64,000 nucleotides of DNA from an uncultured Rhodobacteraceae bacterium (GTDB taxonomy: Bacteria; Pseudomonadota; Alphaproteobacteria; Rhodobacterales; Rhodobacteraceae): positions 4,530 through 68,529 of the forward strand of contig CAKZRP010000068.1 in NCBI GenBank assembly GCA_937146765.1. Direction: 5' to 3'. Each line of letters opens with the position of its first letter. The stretch's first letter is position 1. The translations under genes and the position numbers were made by a program. The notes beneath the pieces are model-generated. The model was not told the DNA's origin. It made no database searches and worked only from the letters and a program-made list of their open reading frames with translations. Shown in pieces: positions 1 to 9,437 of the stretch.

Positions 1-722
1 TCTGTGCCGTCATCGGTGCGCTTGGCTTTGGCGGCTGGAAGGTCCTGCGCGAGGTGCAGCAGGTGACCTTTGCCCCTGTCGAGCAGACGCCCGAGGTGCT
101 GGCCGAACTGGATCCGCTCAGCGCCGCGCAGGTGCCTCTGACTGAGGGGGCGGAGGATCCCGCCGCCGAGGCGCTGGACCGTCTTTATCGCCCGCAGGCG
201 CTGGATGTGCCGGTGCTGATCGCTCGCGACGGTCCGATCTCGACACTGGACCCGCGCGGTCAGGGCAATTTCGCGGGCGCCGAGCAGCCCGCTCTGCTGC
301 TGGCGGAGGCAACGCAGACCGCCATCGAAACGGGCGAGCCGCAAGTGCCGCAGGTGCTGGAACCGGTTGCGCCGACCGTGGCGATGATCGCCGTGCGCCC
401 CTCCTGGGTGCAGGTCAAGGCGGTGGATGGGACAGTGATCTTCGAGACCATCATGGAGCCGGGCCAGACCTTCGAGGTGCCGCTCTCCGAGGACGCACCG
501 CGTCTGCGCACTGGCGAAAGCAGCGCGATCTATTTTGCGGTCAATGGCCAGCACTATGGGCCGGTGGGCGCGCGCGGTCAGGTGACCAAGAATATCGAAT
601 TGTCGCCCGACGCCCTGTCCGGTCGATTCCAGGTCGCGGACCTCGAGGCTGAACAGAACCAGGCGCTGGCCACCATGGTGGCGCAGCTGCGCAGCCAGCC
701 GACGGTGCCTGCCTCCGAATAG
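1..722 (+). CDS. 3' part of a RodZ-like cell-shape protein (DUF4115-type C-terminal domain); the 5' end lies upstream of the window
   Basis: The frame is open from base 3. It encodes a TM-like stretch (CAVIGALGFGGW), a Pro/Ala/Glu-rich linker and a beta-rich C-terminal domain (VRPSWVQVKAVDGTVIFETIMEPGQTFEVP...LRTGESSAIYFAVNG). It sits directly upstream of ispG, as rodZ does in many proteobacteria. Confidence 0.6.
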   Translation, partial: CAVIGALGFGGWKVLREVQQVTFAPVEQTPEVLAELDPLSAAQVPLTEGAEDPAAEALDRLYRPQALDVPVLIARDGPISTLDPRGQGNFAGAEQPALLLAEATQTAIETGEPQVPQVLEPVAPTVAMIAVRPSWVQVKAVDGTVIFETIMEPGQTFEVPLSEDAPRLRTGESSAIYFAVNGQHYGPVGARGQVTKNIELSPDALSGRFQVADLEAEQNQALATMVAQLRSQPTVPASE

Positions 723-833
723 GGCGTGACCCGCGCTGTGCGACTGCCCCTGACGCCCCGGACCGGCTTGCAGCCTCCGGGGTGTCGGCTTATCTAGGGG
801 GCGAAACGCGCGCCAAACAGGACGAGGCCTCCC

Positions 834-1964
834 ATGTCCCTGAACTCCATCCGCCCCTGGCGGAGCATCGAACGCCGCAAGAGCCGCCAGATCATGGTGG
901 GCAATGTGCCCGTGGGCGGCGATGCGCCCATCGCGGTGCAGACGATGACCAATACGCTGACCACCGATGTGAAGGCGACCGTGGCGCAGGTCATAGCGGC
1001 GGCAGAGGCGGGGGCGGATATCGTCCGGGTCTCGGTGCCGGACGAGGCGTCTTCGCGTGCGCTGAAGGAGATCGTGAAGGAAAGCCCGGTCCCCATCGTG
1101 GCCGACATCCATTTCCACTACAAACGCGGCATTGAATCGGCCGAGGCCGGGGCTGCCTGCCTGCGCATCAACCCCGGCAATATCGGCGACGAGAAACGCG
1201 TGGCCGAAGTGATCAAGGCCGCCCGTGACCACAATTGCTCGATCCGCATCGGCGTGAACGCCGGCAGCTTGGAAAAACATCTTCTGGAAAAATACGGGGA
1301 GCCGTGCCCCGACGCGATGGTCGAAAGCGGCATGGATCATATCAGGATCCTGCAGGACCACGATTTCCATAACTTCAAAATCTCTGTCAAAGCCTCGGAC
1401 GTTTTCATGTCCGCCGCCGCCTATCAGATGCTGGCGGAAGCGACCGACGCGCCGATCCACCTTGGCATCACCGAGGCGGGCGGGCTGATGTCCGGCACCA
1501 TCAAATCGGCGATCGGTCTCGGTCAGCTCCTGTGGATGGGGATCGGCGACACCCTGCGCGTCAGCCTCTCCGCCGACCCGGTGGAAGAGGTCAAAGTGGG
1601 CTTTGAAATCCTCAAGAGCCTGGGTCTGCGCCATCGCGGCGTCAATATCATCTCCTGCCCTTCCTGCGCGCGGCAGGGGTTTGACGTGATCAAGACCGTG
1701 GAATCGCTGGAAAAACGTCTGGAGCACATCAAGACCCCGATGAGCTTGTCGATCATCGGTTGCGTGGTGAACGGCCCAGGCGAAGCGTTGATGACCGATG
1801 TCGGCTTCACCGGCGGCGGCGCGGGCTCGGGCATGGTCTATCTGGCGGGCAAGGCCAGCCACAAGATGTCCAATGCCCAGATGATCGACCACATCGTCGA
1901 AGAGGTCGAAAAGAAGGCCGCCGCCTTGGATGCGGCGGCGGCGGCGGATCAGGCGGCAGAATAA
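834..1964 (+). CDS. ispG: 4-hydroxy-3-methylbut-2-en-1-yl diphosphate synthase (IspG/GcpE)
   Basis: 376-aa ORF with hallmark IspG segments: [42 protein letters not shown]. Confidence 0.95.
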   Translation: MSLNSIRPWRSIERRKSRQIMVGNVPVGGDAPIAVQTMTNTLTTDVKATVAQVIAAAEAGADIVRVSVPDEASSRALKEIVKESPVPIVADIHFHYKRGIESAEAGAACLRINPGNIGDEKRVAEVIKAARDHNCSIRIGVNAGSLEKHLLEKYGEPCPDAMVESGMDHIRILQDHDFHNFKISVKASDVFMSAAAYQMLAEATDAPIHLGITEAGGLMSGTIKSAIGLGQLLWMGIGDTLRVSLSADPVEEVKVGFEILKSLGLRHRGVNIISCPSCARQGFDVIKTVESLEKRLEHIKTPMSLSIIGCVVNGPGEALMTDVGFTGGGAGSGMVYLAGKASHKMSNAQMIDHIVEEVEKKAAALDAAAAADQAAE

Positions 1965-1970
1965 CCTCTG

Positions 1971-1997
1971 CCCTTCATCTTTTCCTAAATATCCCGG
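1971..1997 (-). repeat. Copy of a dispersed 27-nt intergenic motif, in inverted orientation relative to the copy at 17674-17700
   Basis: cccttcatcttttcctaaatatcccgg is the reverse complement of ccgggatatttgggaaaagatgaaggg (17674-17700) with one mismatch. Both copies abut a GC-rich hairpin. Confidence 0.8.
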
Positions 1998-1999
1998 GG

Positions 2000-2022
2000 G
2001 TTTGGGGGCAGAGCCCCCAAAC
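2000..2022. terminator. Bidirectional hairpin between convergent ispG and the DsbA-family gene
   Basis: Perfect 10-bp stem GTTTGGGGGC / GCCCCCAAAC with a 3-nt loop, between the ispG stop (1964) and the minus-strand stop at 2030. Confidence 0.6.
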
Positions 2023-2029
2023 AAGGGTC

Positions 2030-2794
2030 TCAGCTGCGCGCGTCGCGGATCTCGTCAACCATGATCTGCAGCTGCTCTGCCGGCAGGTAACCGCGCAGCA
2101 TCTCCTCTTCCAGCACAAAGGTCGGCGTTCCCGAGATCGAGAGGGCCTGCGCCAGGGCGCGGGTGCGTTGCAGCTGCTCGGTCACCTCGGGGTCGGACAT
2201 GCGGGCGAGGATTGCCTCGCCGTCGAGCGAGAGCTCTTCCGCAACCCGGCGCAGCGCCACCTCGCTGGGCTCGCCCGGCAGGGCGATCAACGTGTCATGC
2301 ACCTGGGCATAGGCCGCGTCCCCGGCCACCAGCCGGGTGGCGATGGCAAAGCGCGCCGAGAGCACCGAGGCCTCGCCAAGGATCGGGAATTCCTTCACCA
2401 CCAGGCGGATATTGCCATCCGCCGCCAGCAGGGCCTCGATTTCCGGCGCCGCCTTGCGGCAATAGCCGCAGCGGTAGTCCATGAACTCCACCAGGGTCAC
2501 GTCGCCCTCGGGGTTGCCACCGACCCAGGAATAGCCGTCATTCTGCAGCTCTTCGAGATTGGCGATCACCAGCGCATCGTCGCGCGCCGCTTCGGCCTCC
2601 TGCTGCTTCTGTTCCAGCAGGTCCACCGCCTCGAGGATCACCTCGGGGTTCTCCAGCAGATAGTCGCGCACCGCCTCGCCAAAGGCGGCGCGTTCCTCGG
2701 GCGTCATCGCGCCGAGGTCCAGCGCCTGGACCGTGGGGGCGCCAAGCGCGAGCGCGCAGGTCGCGGCCAGGGCGATGCGTGTCAGGGCTGTCAT
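2030..2794 (-). CDS. DsbA-family periplasmic thiol:disulfide oxidoreductase
   Basis: Signal-peptide-like N-terminus and a thioredoxin-fold active site, DYRCGYCRK. The start overlaps the upstream M48 gene stop by 4 nt (ATGA). Confidence 0.85.
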   Translation of the reverse strand: MTALTRIALAATCALALGAPTVQALDLGAMTPEERAAFGEAVRDYLLENPEVILEAVDLLEQKQQEAEAARDDALVIANLEELQNDGYSWVGGNPEGDVTLVEFMDYRCGYCRKAAPEIEALLAADGNIRLVVKEFPILGEASVLSARFAIATRLVAGDAAYAQVHDTLIALPGEPSEVALRRVAEELSLDGEAILARMSDPEVTEQLQRTRALAQALSISGTPTFVLEEEMLRGYLPAEQLQIMVDEIRDARS

Positions 2795-4212
2795 TTCTTC
2801 TTCCTCTTCTCGTCTTGTTCAAATGCAATGAGCACATCTTCGGCGCGCCGCCAGGCGGGAGAGCCATTGGCAAGGAGCTGAACCGCCCGTTTTGCATGGG
2901 GGCCTGCATCCTTCAGCCGGCCCTGCAGCGCGTAGCGTTCGGCGGTGACCAGCGCCGCCATACCGGTTTGATTGGTCTGAGCATAGGCCAGAGACATGTC
3001 GCGCAACAGGATGGCGTTGCGGAAGTCCAGTCCGCGCGCCCGCTCCATCGTCTCCAGCGCCGCCTTGGGCTGGTCCGCGGCCAATTGTGCCCGTCCGAGG
3101 CTGGCCAGGATCAGCGGCTCCTTGGGCGCCAAGGAGGCGGCGCGGCCAAAGGCGGCCATGGCCTCGCTCCAGCGGCGGTTTTCATAAAGGATCTGGCCCC
3201 AGAGCTCATGATAATAGGCGTCCTGCGGGTGGGCCGCGAGCAGGGCCTGCATCTCCCGGGCCGCAGTGGCGAACTGGTTGCGGCGATGGGCGCTTACCGC
3301 CGCGCGCATCAGTTTCAGATCCGCATAGGTTTCCGAACTCAGGCGTTTTTCGGACCAGTTCGGCGCGCGCACAAAAGCCGACAGCTTGCCCTTCACCCGC
3401 GCCAGCCAATAGGCGGCCTCGGGGCGGGTCGCCGGACCTTCGCCGGCGCTGGCCACATAGGCCTCGGCGGCGCGGATCCGGTCCCGGGTCAGCGGGTGGG
3501 AGCGCATGTAGGGATCCTGCCGGGACGAGCCGATCAGCTCCTGTCCTGCAAAGATCTGGTGCAGCTCCAGCATCCCCTTCGGATTGATCCCGGCAAGGCT
3601 GAGCACGCCGATGGCGGTGCGATCGGCCGAGGCCTCCTCGGCTCTGGTGTGGGAGAGGAAATTGCGCAGGGCAGAGCTCTGGGTGCCAAAGGCGATGCCG
3701 GCCGCAGCCTCACCGGCGCCCGCTGCGGCCGCCAGCAAGGCCAGGGCGGTGCCGAACCCGGCCGCGGAATTGGCCGAGCGCAGGTTCTGGCCCCGGCGGC
3801 CGATATGGCCATTGGTGATATGGGCGGCCTCATGGGCGATCACCGCCTGCAGCATTTCCGGCGACTCGGCCTTCAGGATCAGCCCGTAGTTCACGAAGAT
3901 CGCGCGCTGGTCGATCACAAAGGCGTTAAAGCCGCTGTCATCCACCACCAGGATTGGCACCCGGGCGGGGTTGAGGCCGGAGGCGCTCAGCACCGGCCGT
4001 GCCAGTTCCGACAGCCCGTGTTCGATATCGGCATCGCGCAGGAGCCGCACCGATTGCGCCAAGGCGCCGAGCGGCCACAGGATCAGCGCCAGACAGACCG
4101 CGAGCAGGCCGAGGCGCAGCCGCACCTGGCCCCGGCTTCCCCTCTCGGAAAGAAGCGGCCAAAGCCCGAAGCCCGGGATTGACGCCGGAGAGGATACACG
4201 GTCAAAACGCAT
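2791..4212 (-). CDS. M48-family Zn metallopeptidase with C-terminal TPR-like region (BepA-like)
   Basis: HEAAH zinc motif (AHEAAHITNGH), an N-terminal signal/TM segment (LGLLAVCLALILWPLGALAQS) and a helical repeat-rich C-terminus. The start is taken at the internal Met (4212) preceding the signal peptide; the ORF is open to 4329. Confidence 0.8.
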   Translation of the reverse strand: MRFDRVSSPASIPGFGLWPLLSERGSRGQVRLRLGLLAVCLALILWPLGALAQSVRLLRDADIEHGLSELARPVLSASGLNPARVPILVVDDSGFNAFVIDQRAIFVNYGLILKAESPEMLQAVIAHEAAHITNGHIGRRGQNLRSANSAAGFGTALALLAAAAGAGEAAAGIAFGTQSSALRNFLSHTRAEEASADRTAIGVLSLAGINPKGMLELHQIFAGQELIGSSRQDPYMRSHPLTRDRIRAAEAYVASAGEGPATRPEAAYWLARVKGKLSAFVRAPNWSEKRLSSETYADLKLMRAAVSAHRRNQFATAAREMQALLAAHPQDAYYHELWGQILYENRRWSEAMAAFGRAASLAPKEPLILASLGRAQLAADQPKAALETMERARGLDFRNAILLRDMSLAYAQTNQTGMAALVTAERYALQGRLKDAGPHAKRAVQLLANGSPAWRRAEDVLIAFEQDEKRKKK

Positions 4213-4234
4213 GGCCGCACCATGGGAGATCAGC

Positions 4235-5380
4235 ATGCGAAACTCAAGCCGGTCCAACGTCGATCCCTTCATTGTGATGGATGTGATGGAGGCCGCCCGC
4301 AGGGCCGAGGAGGCCGGGCGCCACATCATCCATATGGAGGTGGGGCAACCCTCGACCGGGGCGCCCGAGGGCGCGCGGCGGGTGCTGGCGCAGGCGCTCG
4401 ATCAGGATGCGCTTGGCTATACGGTGGCGCTGGGTCTGCCGGCGCTGCGTCAGCGGATCGCAAGGCTCTACGGCGACTGGTACAATGTGGATCTGAACCC
4501 GGAGCGGGTGGTGATAACCCCCGGCTCCTCCGGCGCGTTCATCCTCAGCTTCACCGCGCTGTTTGACAGTGGCGACCGGGTTGGGATCGGCGCGCCGGGC
4601 TATCCCTCCTACCGGCAGATCCTGAAGGCCCTCGGCATGCAGCCGGTGGATATCGAGACCGCCCCGGAGAACCGCCTGCAGCCGGTGGCGGCGGATCTGC
4701 GGGGCCAGAATCTTGCCGGGCTGATGGTCGCGAGCCCCGCCAACCCCACCGGCACCATGCTGTCGAAACCGGCGCTCTCGGCCTTGATGGAGGCGGCGGC
4801 GGCGGAGGGTGCGAGCTTCATCTCCGACGAGATCTACCACGGGCTCGAATATGAGGCGAAGGCGGTCACCGCGCTGGAAATCTCGGACGAGGCCTATGTG
4901 ATCAATTCCTTCTCCAAGTATTTCTCGATGACCGGCTGGCGGGTCGGCTGGATGGTGGTGCCCGAGGATCACATCCGCACCGTCGAGCGCATCGCCCAGA
5001 ACATGTTCATCTGCGCCCCACACGCCAGTCAGGTGGCCGCGCTGGCGGCGATGGACTGCGAGGCGGAATTGCAGGGCAATCTCGCGGTCTATGCCAGGAA
5101 TCGCCAGCTGATGCTGGAGGGCTTGCCAAAGGCGGGTTTCAACAAGATCGCGCCGCCGGACGGTGCCTTTTATGTCTATGCCGATGTCTCCGACCTTACC
5201 CGGGACAGCCGGGCCTTTGCCGCCGAGATCCTCGAGAAGGCCGGAGTGGCGGTGACGCCGGGGCTCGATTTCGACCCGGCGCGCGGGGCCACCACGCTGC
5301 GGTTCTCCTATGCGCGCGCAACCGCGGATATCGAGGAAGGTCTGACCCGACTGGCCGCCTTCATGGCGGACCGGGCATGA
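4235..5380 (+). CDS. Class I/II pyridoxal-phosphate-dependent aminotransferase
   Basis: SFSKYFSMTGWRVGW (PLP-lysine motif) and a typical AAT-fold sequence throughout. The start is 4235 or 4211; the 5' extension of the listed ORF (from 3971) overlaps the M48 gene and is Arg/Ser-rich. Confidence 0.85.
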   Translation: MRNSSRSNVDPFIVMDVMEAARRAEEAGRHIIHMEVGQPSTGAPEGARRVLAQALDQDALGYTVALGLPALRQRIARLYGDWYNVDLNPERVVITPGSSGAFILSFTALFDSGDRVGIGAPGYPSYRQILKALGMQPVDIETAPENRLQPVAADLRGQNLAGLMVASPANPTGTMLSKPALSALMEAAAAEGASFISDEIYHGLEYEAKAVTALEISDEAYVINSFSKYFSMTGWRVGWMVVPEDHIRTVERIAQNMFICAPHASQVAALAAMDCEAELQGNLAVYARNRQLMLEGLPKAGFNKIAPPDGAFYVYADVSDLTRDSRAFAAEILEKAGVAVTPGLDFDPARGATTLRFSYARATADIEEGLTRLAAFMADRA

Positions 5381-6600
5381 GCGTGCTGCGCCTGATTGCG
5401 GCGCTCTGGCTGGTGCTGCTGCCGCTTGGCGCGCTGGCGCAGGGCTTTTCCGGCCTGGCGCGGGTGCTGCCCGACCAGAGCCAGCTCACCGACGCGGGCG
5501 AGGGGGCGGCGCTGGAGCTGACCCTGAGCCAGGGGGTGCCCTACCGGATCTTCACCCTGGATGAACCGCGCCGGGTGGTGCTGGACTTTCAGGAGGTGGA
5601 TTGGACCGGCTTTCGCGCCGAGGAGTTCCTTGAGACCGAGCAGGTGAGCGATATCCGCTTTGGCAGCTACGTGCCCGGCTGGTCCCGCATGGTGCTGGAG
5701 CTGGTGGAGCCGATGCAGGTGACCTCCGCCGCGATGGATATCGATGTGGTGACCGCAAACGCCCGGTTGCGGGTGCAGATGACTCCCGCCGATGAGGCGG
5801 ATTTTGCCGCCCTGGCCGGCGCACCCCATGATCCCCGCCTCGACCTGCCGCCACCGGCGGATGTGGAGGTTCGCGCGCCCAAGGATGTCGATGCGCCGCT
5901 GCTGGTGATGCTGGATCCCGGCCACGGTGGTCTTGATCCCGGCGCCGAAGCCGAAGGCGGCGTGGCGGAAAAGAACCTGATGCTGGAATTCGCCTATGAG
6001 CTGGGCGAACGCCTGATGCGCTCGGGGCGCTTTGAGGTGCTCTTGACCCGCGAGGGGGATTACTTCGTCTCGCTGGAGAGGCGGATTGCAATGGCGCATC
6101 AGCAGGGGGCGGATCTGTTCATCTCCCTGCACGCGGATGCGGTGACCGAGGGGCTTGCCCATGGCACCGTGGTCTATACGCTCTCGAATGCCGCCTCGGA
6201 TGCGGCTTCGGCCAAGCTGGCGGAGCGACATGATCGGGCCGATCTCCTGTCCGGCAGCGATTTGTCCAGCGCCGACGATGTGGTGACCGATGTGCTTCTG
6301 GACCTCGCGCGGCAGGAAACCCAGCCGCGCAGTCAGGCGCTGGCACAATCCGTTGTCGAGGCGCTGATGGAGCAGGGGGGGCCGGTGAACCGCCGCCCGC
6401 TGCGCTCGGCCGGCTTTTCGGTGCTGAAATCGGCGGATATCCCCTCGGTTCTGATCGAGCTTGGCTTCATGTCGAGCCCGCGAGACCTGGCCTTGCTGAT
6501 CGACGCGGAGTGGCGGGCCAAGGCGGCGGAGGGGATCGTACAGGGGATTCTGGACTGGCGTGAGCAGGACGCCGCCCGCCGGGCCCTGATCCGCCAGTGA
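5377..6600 (+). CDS. N-acetylmuramoyl-L-alanine amidase (AMIN domain + Amidase_3, AmiC-like)
   Basis: Signal peptide, an AMIN-like N-domain (YRIFTLDEPRRVVLDF) and the Amidase_3 core (LDPGHGGLDPGA...ISLHAD). The start overlaps the aminotransferase stop by 4 nt. Confidence 0.9.
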   Translation: MSVLRLIAALWLVLLPLGALAQGFSGLARVLPDQSQLTDAGEGAALELTLSQGVPYRIFTLDEPRRVVLDFQEVDWTGFRAEEFLETEQVSDIRFGSYVPGWSRMVLELVEPMQVTSAAMDIDVVTANARLRVQMTPADEADFAALAGAPHDPRLDLPPPADVEVRAPKDVDAPLLVMLDPGHGGLDPGAEAEGGVAEKNLMLEFAYELGERLMRSGRFEVLLTREGDYFVSLERRIAMAHQQGADLFISLHADAVTEGLAHGTVVYTLSNAASDAASAKLAERHDRADLLSGSDLSSADDVVTDVLLDLARQETQPRSQALAQSVVEALMEQGGPVNRRPLRSAGFSVLKSADIPSVLIELGFMSSPRDLALLIDAEWRAKAAEGIVQGILDWREQDAARRALIRQ

Positions 6601-6806
6601 CTCCCAAAGCCCTGCCCGAGGGCGGACCTGCCGGTTTCCGCCATCCGCAGACCATCCGCCAGATGTGAGGATACACACACCGGCGCATCTGGTAGGATGC
6701 GTCGGACTGTCACCAGGCGGCGTCCCGTCACGCCGCCCTATCTCGTTTTGACCCTTGCGACGCAGCGCCCTATATAGGGCGGATCCTGCGAGAGAGGCCC
6801 AAGCCC

Positions 6807-9314
6807 GTGTTACGATTCATCCTGTCCGCCTTCGGGGGCGTCTTTAGTGTCATCACCCTGGGAATCGGGGTGGGGGCGCTGTCCGTTGGCGCGATTTTCT
6901 GGGTCTATGGCCGCGACTTGCCGAGCCATGAATCGCTGGCGCAGTACCAGCCGCCGACGATCAGCCGGATCTATTCCGGCGAAGGTCAGCTGATCGACGA
7001 ATTCGCCAAGGAACGGCGCCTCTTCACCCCGTCGGACGAAATCCCCGATCTGGTGAAACAGGCCTTCATCTCGGCGGAGGACAAGAATTTCTACCACCAC
7101 GCCGGTTACGACGCGCGTGGTATCCTTGCCGCCGCCGTCGAGGCGGTGCAGTCGCGGGGCAAGAACGTGCGCGGCGCTTCCACCATCACCCAGCAGGTGA
7201 TGAAGAACTTCCTTCTGTCCGGCGACCGGCAGGCAGAGCGCAAGATCAAGGAGATCATCCTCGCCACCCGGCTGGAGGAAACGCTCTCCAAGGACAAGAT
7301 TCTTGAACTCTACCTGAACGAGATCTTCCTCGGGCAGAACTCCTATGGCGTCACCGCCGCCGCCCAGACCTATTTCAACAAGGGCCTGGGCGAGCTGGCC
7401 CCGCATGAGGCGGCGATGCTGGCCTCGATGCCGCAGGCGCCCGGGCGCTATCATCCGGTCAACTCCAAGGAACGCCTGACCCAGCGTCGCAATTACGTGC
7501 TGCGCGAGATGAAGGAGAACGGCTATATCTCCGAGGCGGTCTATGAGGTCGAGGTCGCTGAGCCGCTGCGCTCGGTGCAGAACGGCGATTTTGACGCCTT
7601 CCGCACCGCGTTGCCGCCGCGCGACTATTTCACCGACGAGATCCGCCGCCAGCTCTCGGTCGACTTTGGGGAGGGCGAGTTCTTCACCGGCGGTTTCACC
7701 ATCCGTGCCACCATCGACGAGGAAATGCAGGCCGAGGCGGCGCTGGCGATGCGCGCGGGGCTGGAGGAATTCGACCGCTCCATCGGCCGCTGGCATGGTC
7801 CCGTGGCAGAGATCCCGGCAGAGAAACTGCAGGAGGAAGCCAGCTGGCGCGAGGCGCTGAGTGCGGCGGAAATTGCCCGCGACATCCTGACCATGGAGGG
7901 CGCCTGGCTGCCTGCCGTAGTGCTCAAGGTTGAGGAAAACAGCCTCACCCTCGGCATCGAGAGCGTCGAGGGAACCGGCAGCGTGCCGCGCTCTGACATC
8001 AAATGGCTGAAGGGCGATTTCGCCGCCAATTTCAAACCCGGCGACGTCATCCACGCGATGGCGGTGCGGGAGGGCGACAGCATCAGTCATTGGTCGGTGC
8101 GCCAGGTGCCCGAGGTGCAGGGCGGCTTTGTCGCCATGGATGTGAACTCCGGCCGGGTGCTGGCGATGCAGGGGGGCTTCTCCTATCAGGATTCGGTCTT
8201 CAACCGTGCCACCCAGGCCCAGCGTCAGCCGGGGTCGAGCTTCAAACCCTTTGTCTATGCCGCCGCGCTGGACAGCGGTTACAGCCCCGCGACGATCGTG
8301 ATCGATGCGCCGATCGAGGTGAACACGCCGCAGGGGGTCTGGCGGCCGAAGAACTCCACCAACAAGTTCTATGGCCCCACCCCGCTTCGGACCGGCATCG
8401 AGATGAGCCGGAACCTGATGACCATCCGTCTGGCGCAGGAAGTCGGTATGCCGGTGATTGCGGGCTATGCCGAACGCTTTGGCGTCTATGACAACATGGG
8501 CACCTTCCTCGCCAATTCGCTGGGGGCGGAGGAAACCACGCTCTACAAGATGGTAGCGGCCTATGCGATGTTCGCCAATGGCGGCCAGCGGGTGGAACCT
8601 ACGCTGGTGGACCGGATCCAGGACCGCTATGGCCAGACCATCTATCGTCACGATGATCGCGATTGTGTCGACTGCAGCTATACAGACCTCGAAGCCGGAC
8701 GGGCGCCCAAGATCGTCACCAATCGCGAACAGGTGATGGATCCGATCACCGCCTATCAGCTCACCTCGATGCTGAAGGGCGTGGTGGATCGCGGCACCGC
8801 CTCCAGCGTCATCAAGCTGCCGGTGCCCACCGCGGGCAAGACCGGCACCACCAATGACGCGCGGGATGCCTGGTTTGTCGGCTTCACCTCCAACATCGTG
8901 GCCGGCTGCTATTTCGGCTACGACAACCCGCGCCCGATGCAGGGCGGCCGCGGCTACGGCGGTACCCTCTGCGGGCCGGTGTTCCAGCAGTTCATGGAAA
9001 AAGCGGTGGCGAAATACGGCGGCGGTCCGTTTGAGGTGCCCCCCGGTGGCCATTTCATCAAGATCGATCGCTATACCGGCTCCCGACTGCCGGATGAGGC
9101 CAGCGGTGCCTATGTGGTGGCGGAATACTTCCGCGACGGGGCCGAACCGATCTTTGGCCTGGCCTATGACGGCGGCTTTGCGATGGGGTCGAACCTGCCA
9201 CTGGTGGAAGAGGTCACCGAAGCCGGGCGCCAGGTCACCACCTCCAGTGGCGGCACCGCCGTGCTGGGGCCAAAGGCCACCTTTGGGGATGTATCGTCCG
9301 GCGGCCTCTACTGA
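6807..9314 (+). CDS. mrcA: Penicillin-binding protein 1A (bifunctional transglycosylase/transpeptidase)
   Basis: GT51 motifs (EDKNFYHH, RGASTITQQ), transpeptidase motifs SSFKP and KTGTT, and an N-terminal TM anchor. GTG start. Confidence 0.9.
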   Translation: MLRFILSAFGGVFSVITLGIGVGALSVGAIFWVYGRDLPSHESLAQYQPPTISRIYSGEGQLIDEFAKERRLFTPSDEIPDLVKQAFISAEDKNFYHHAGYDARGILAAAVEAVQSRGKNVRGASTITQQVMKNFLLSGDRQAERKIKEIILATRLEETLSKDKILELYLNEIFLGQNSYGVTAAAQTYFNKGLGELAPHEAAMLASMPQAPGRYHPVNSKERLTQRRNYVLREMKENGYISEAVYEVEVAEPLRSVQNGDFDAFRTALPPRDYFTDEIRRQLSVDFGEGEFFTGGFTIRATIDEEMQAEAALAMRAGLEEFDRSIGRWHGPVAEIPAEKLQEEASWREALSAAEIARDILTMEGAWLPAVVLKVEENSLTLGIESVEGTGSVPRSDIKWLKGDFAANFKPGDVIHAMAVREGDSISHWSVRQVPEVQGGFVAMDVNSGRVLAMQGGFSYQDSVFNRATQAQRQPGSSFKPFVYAAALDSGYSPATIVIDAPIEVNTPQGVWRPKNSTNKFYGPTPLRTGIEMSRNLMTIRLAQEVGMPVIAGYAERFGVYDNMGTFLANSLGAEETTLYKMVAAYAMFANGGQRVEPTLVDRIQDRYGQTIYRHDDRDCVDCSYTDLEAGRAPKIVTNREQVMDPITAYQLTSMLKGVVDRGTASSVIKLPVPTAGKTGTTNDARDAWFVGFTSNIVAGCYFGYDNPRPMQGGRGYGGTLCGPVFQQFMEKAVAKYGGGPFEVPPGGHFIKIDRYTGSRLPDEASGAYVVAEYFRDGAEPIFGLAYDGGFAMGSNLPLVEEVTEAGRQVTTSSGGTAVLGPKATFGDVSSGGLY

Positions 9315-9437
9315 GGCATAGGCAGGGTCCGAAGGGCGCAGAGGGCAGGCGGGCAGGCAGCCGGTCTGCCCTTGCTCTTGTCGCGGTCTCCCTCCTGCGG
9401 TATCACCCACACTCAAACCAGATTTCAAGGAAAGCTC

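Noticed and set aside
6085-6092. Fourth occurrence of the ATTGCAAT core
   Set aside because: It lies inside the amidase coding sequence in GC-rich flanks and only the 8-mer matches. It is most likely chance and was not counted as an operator site.
6810-9428. 872-aa ORF on the minus strand
   Set aside because: It is exactly antisense to the well-supported PBP1A gene. The product is Arg/Gly/Ala/His-rich low-complexity with no recognisable motifs. It is a typical stop-codon-poor shadow frame of high-GC DNA.
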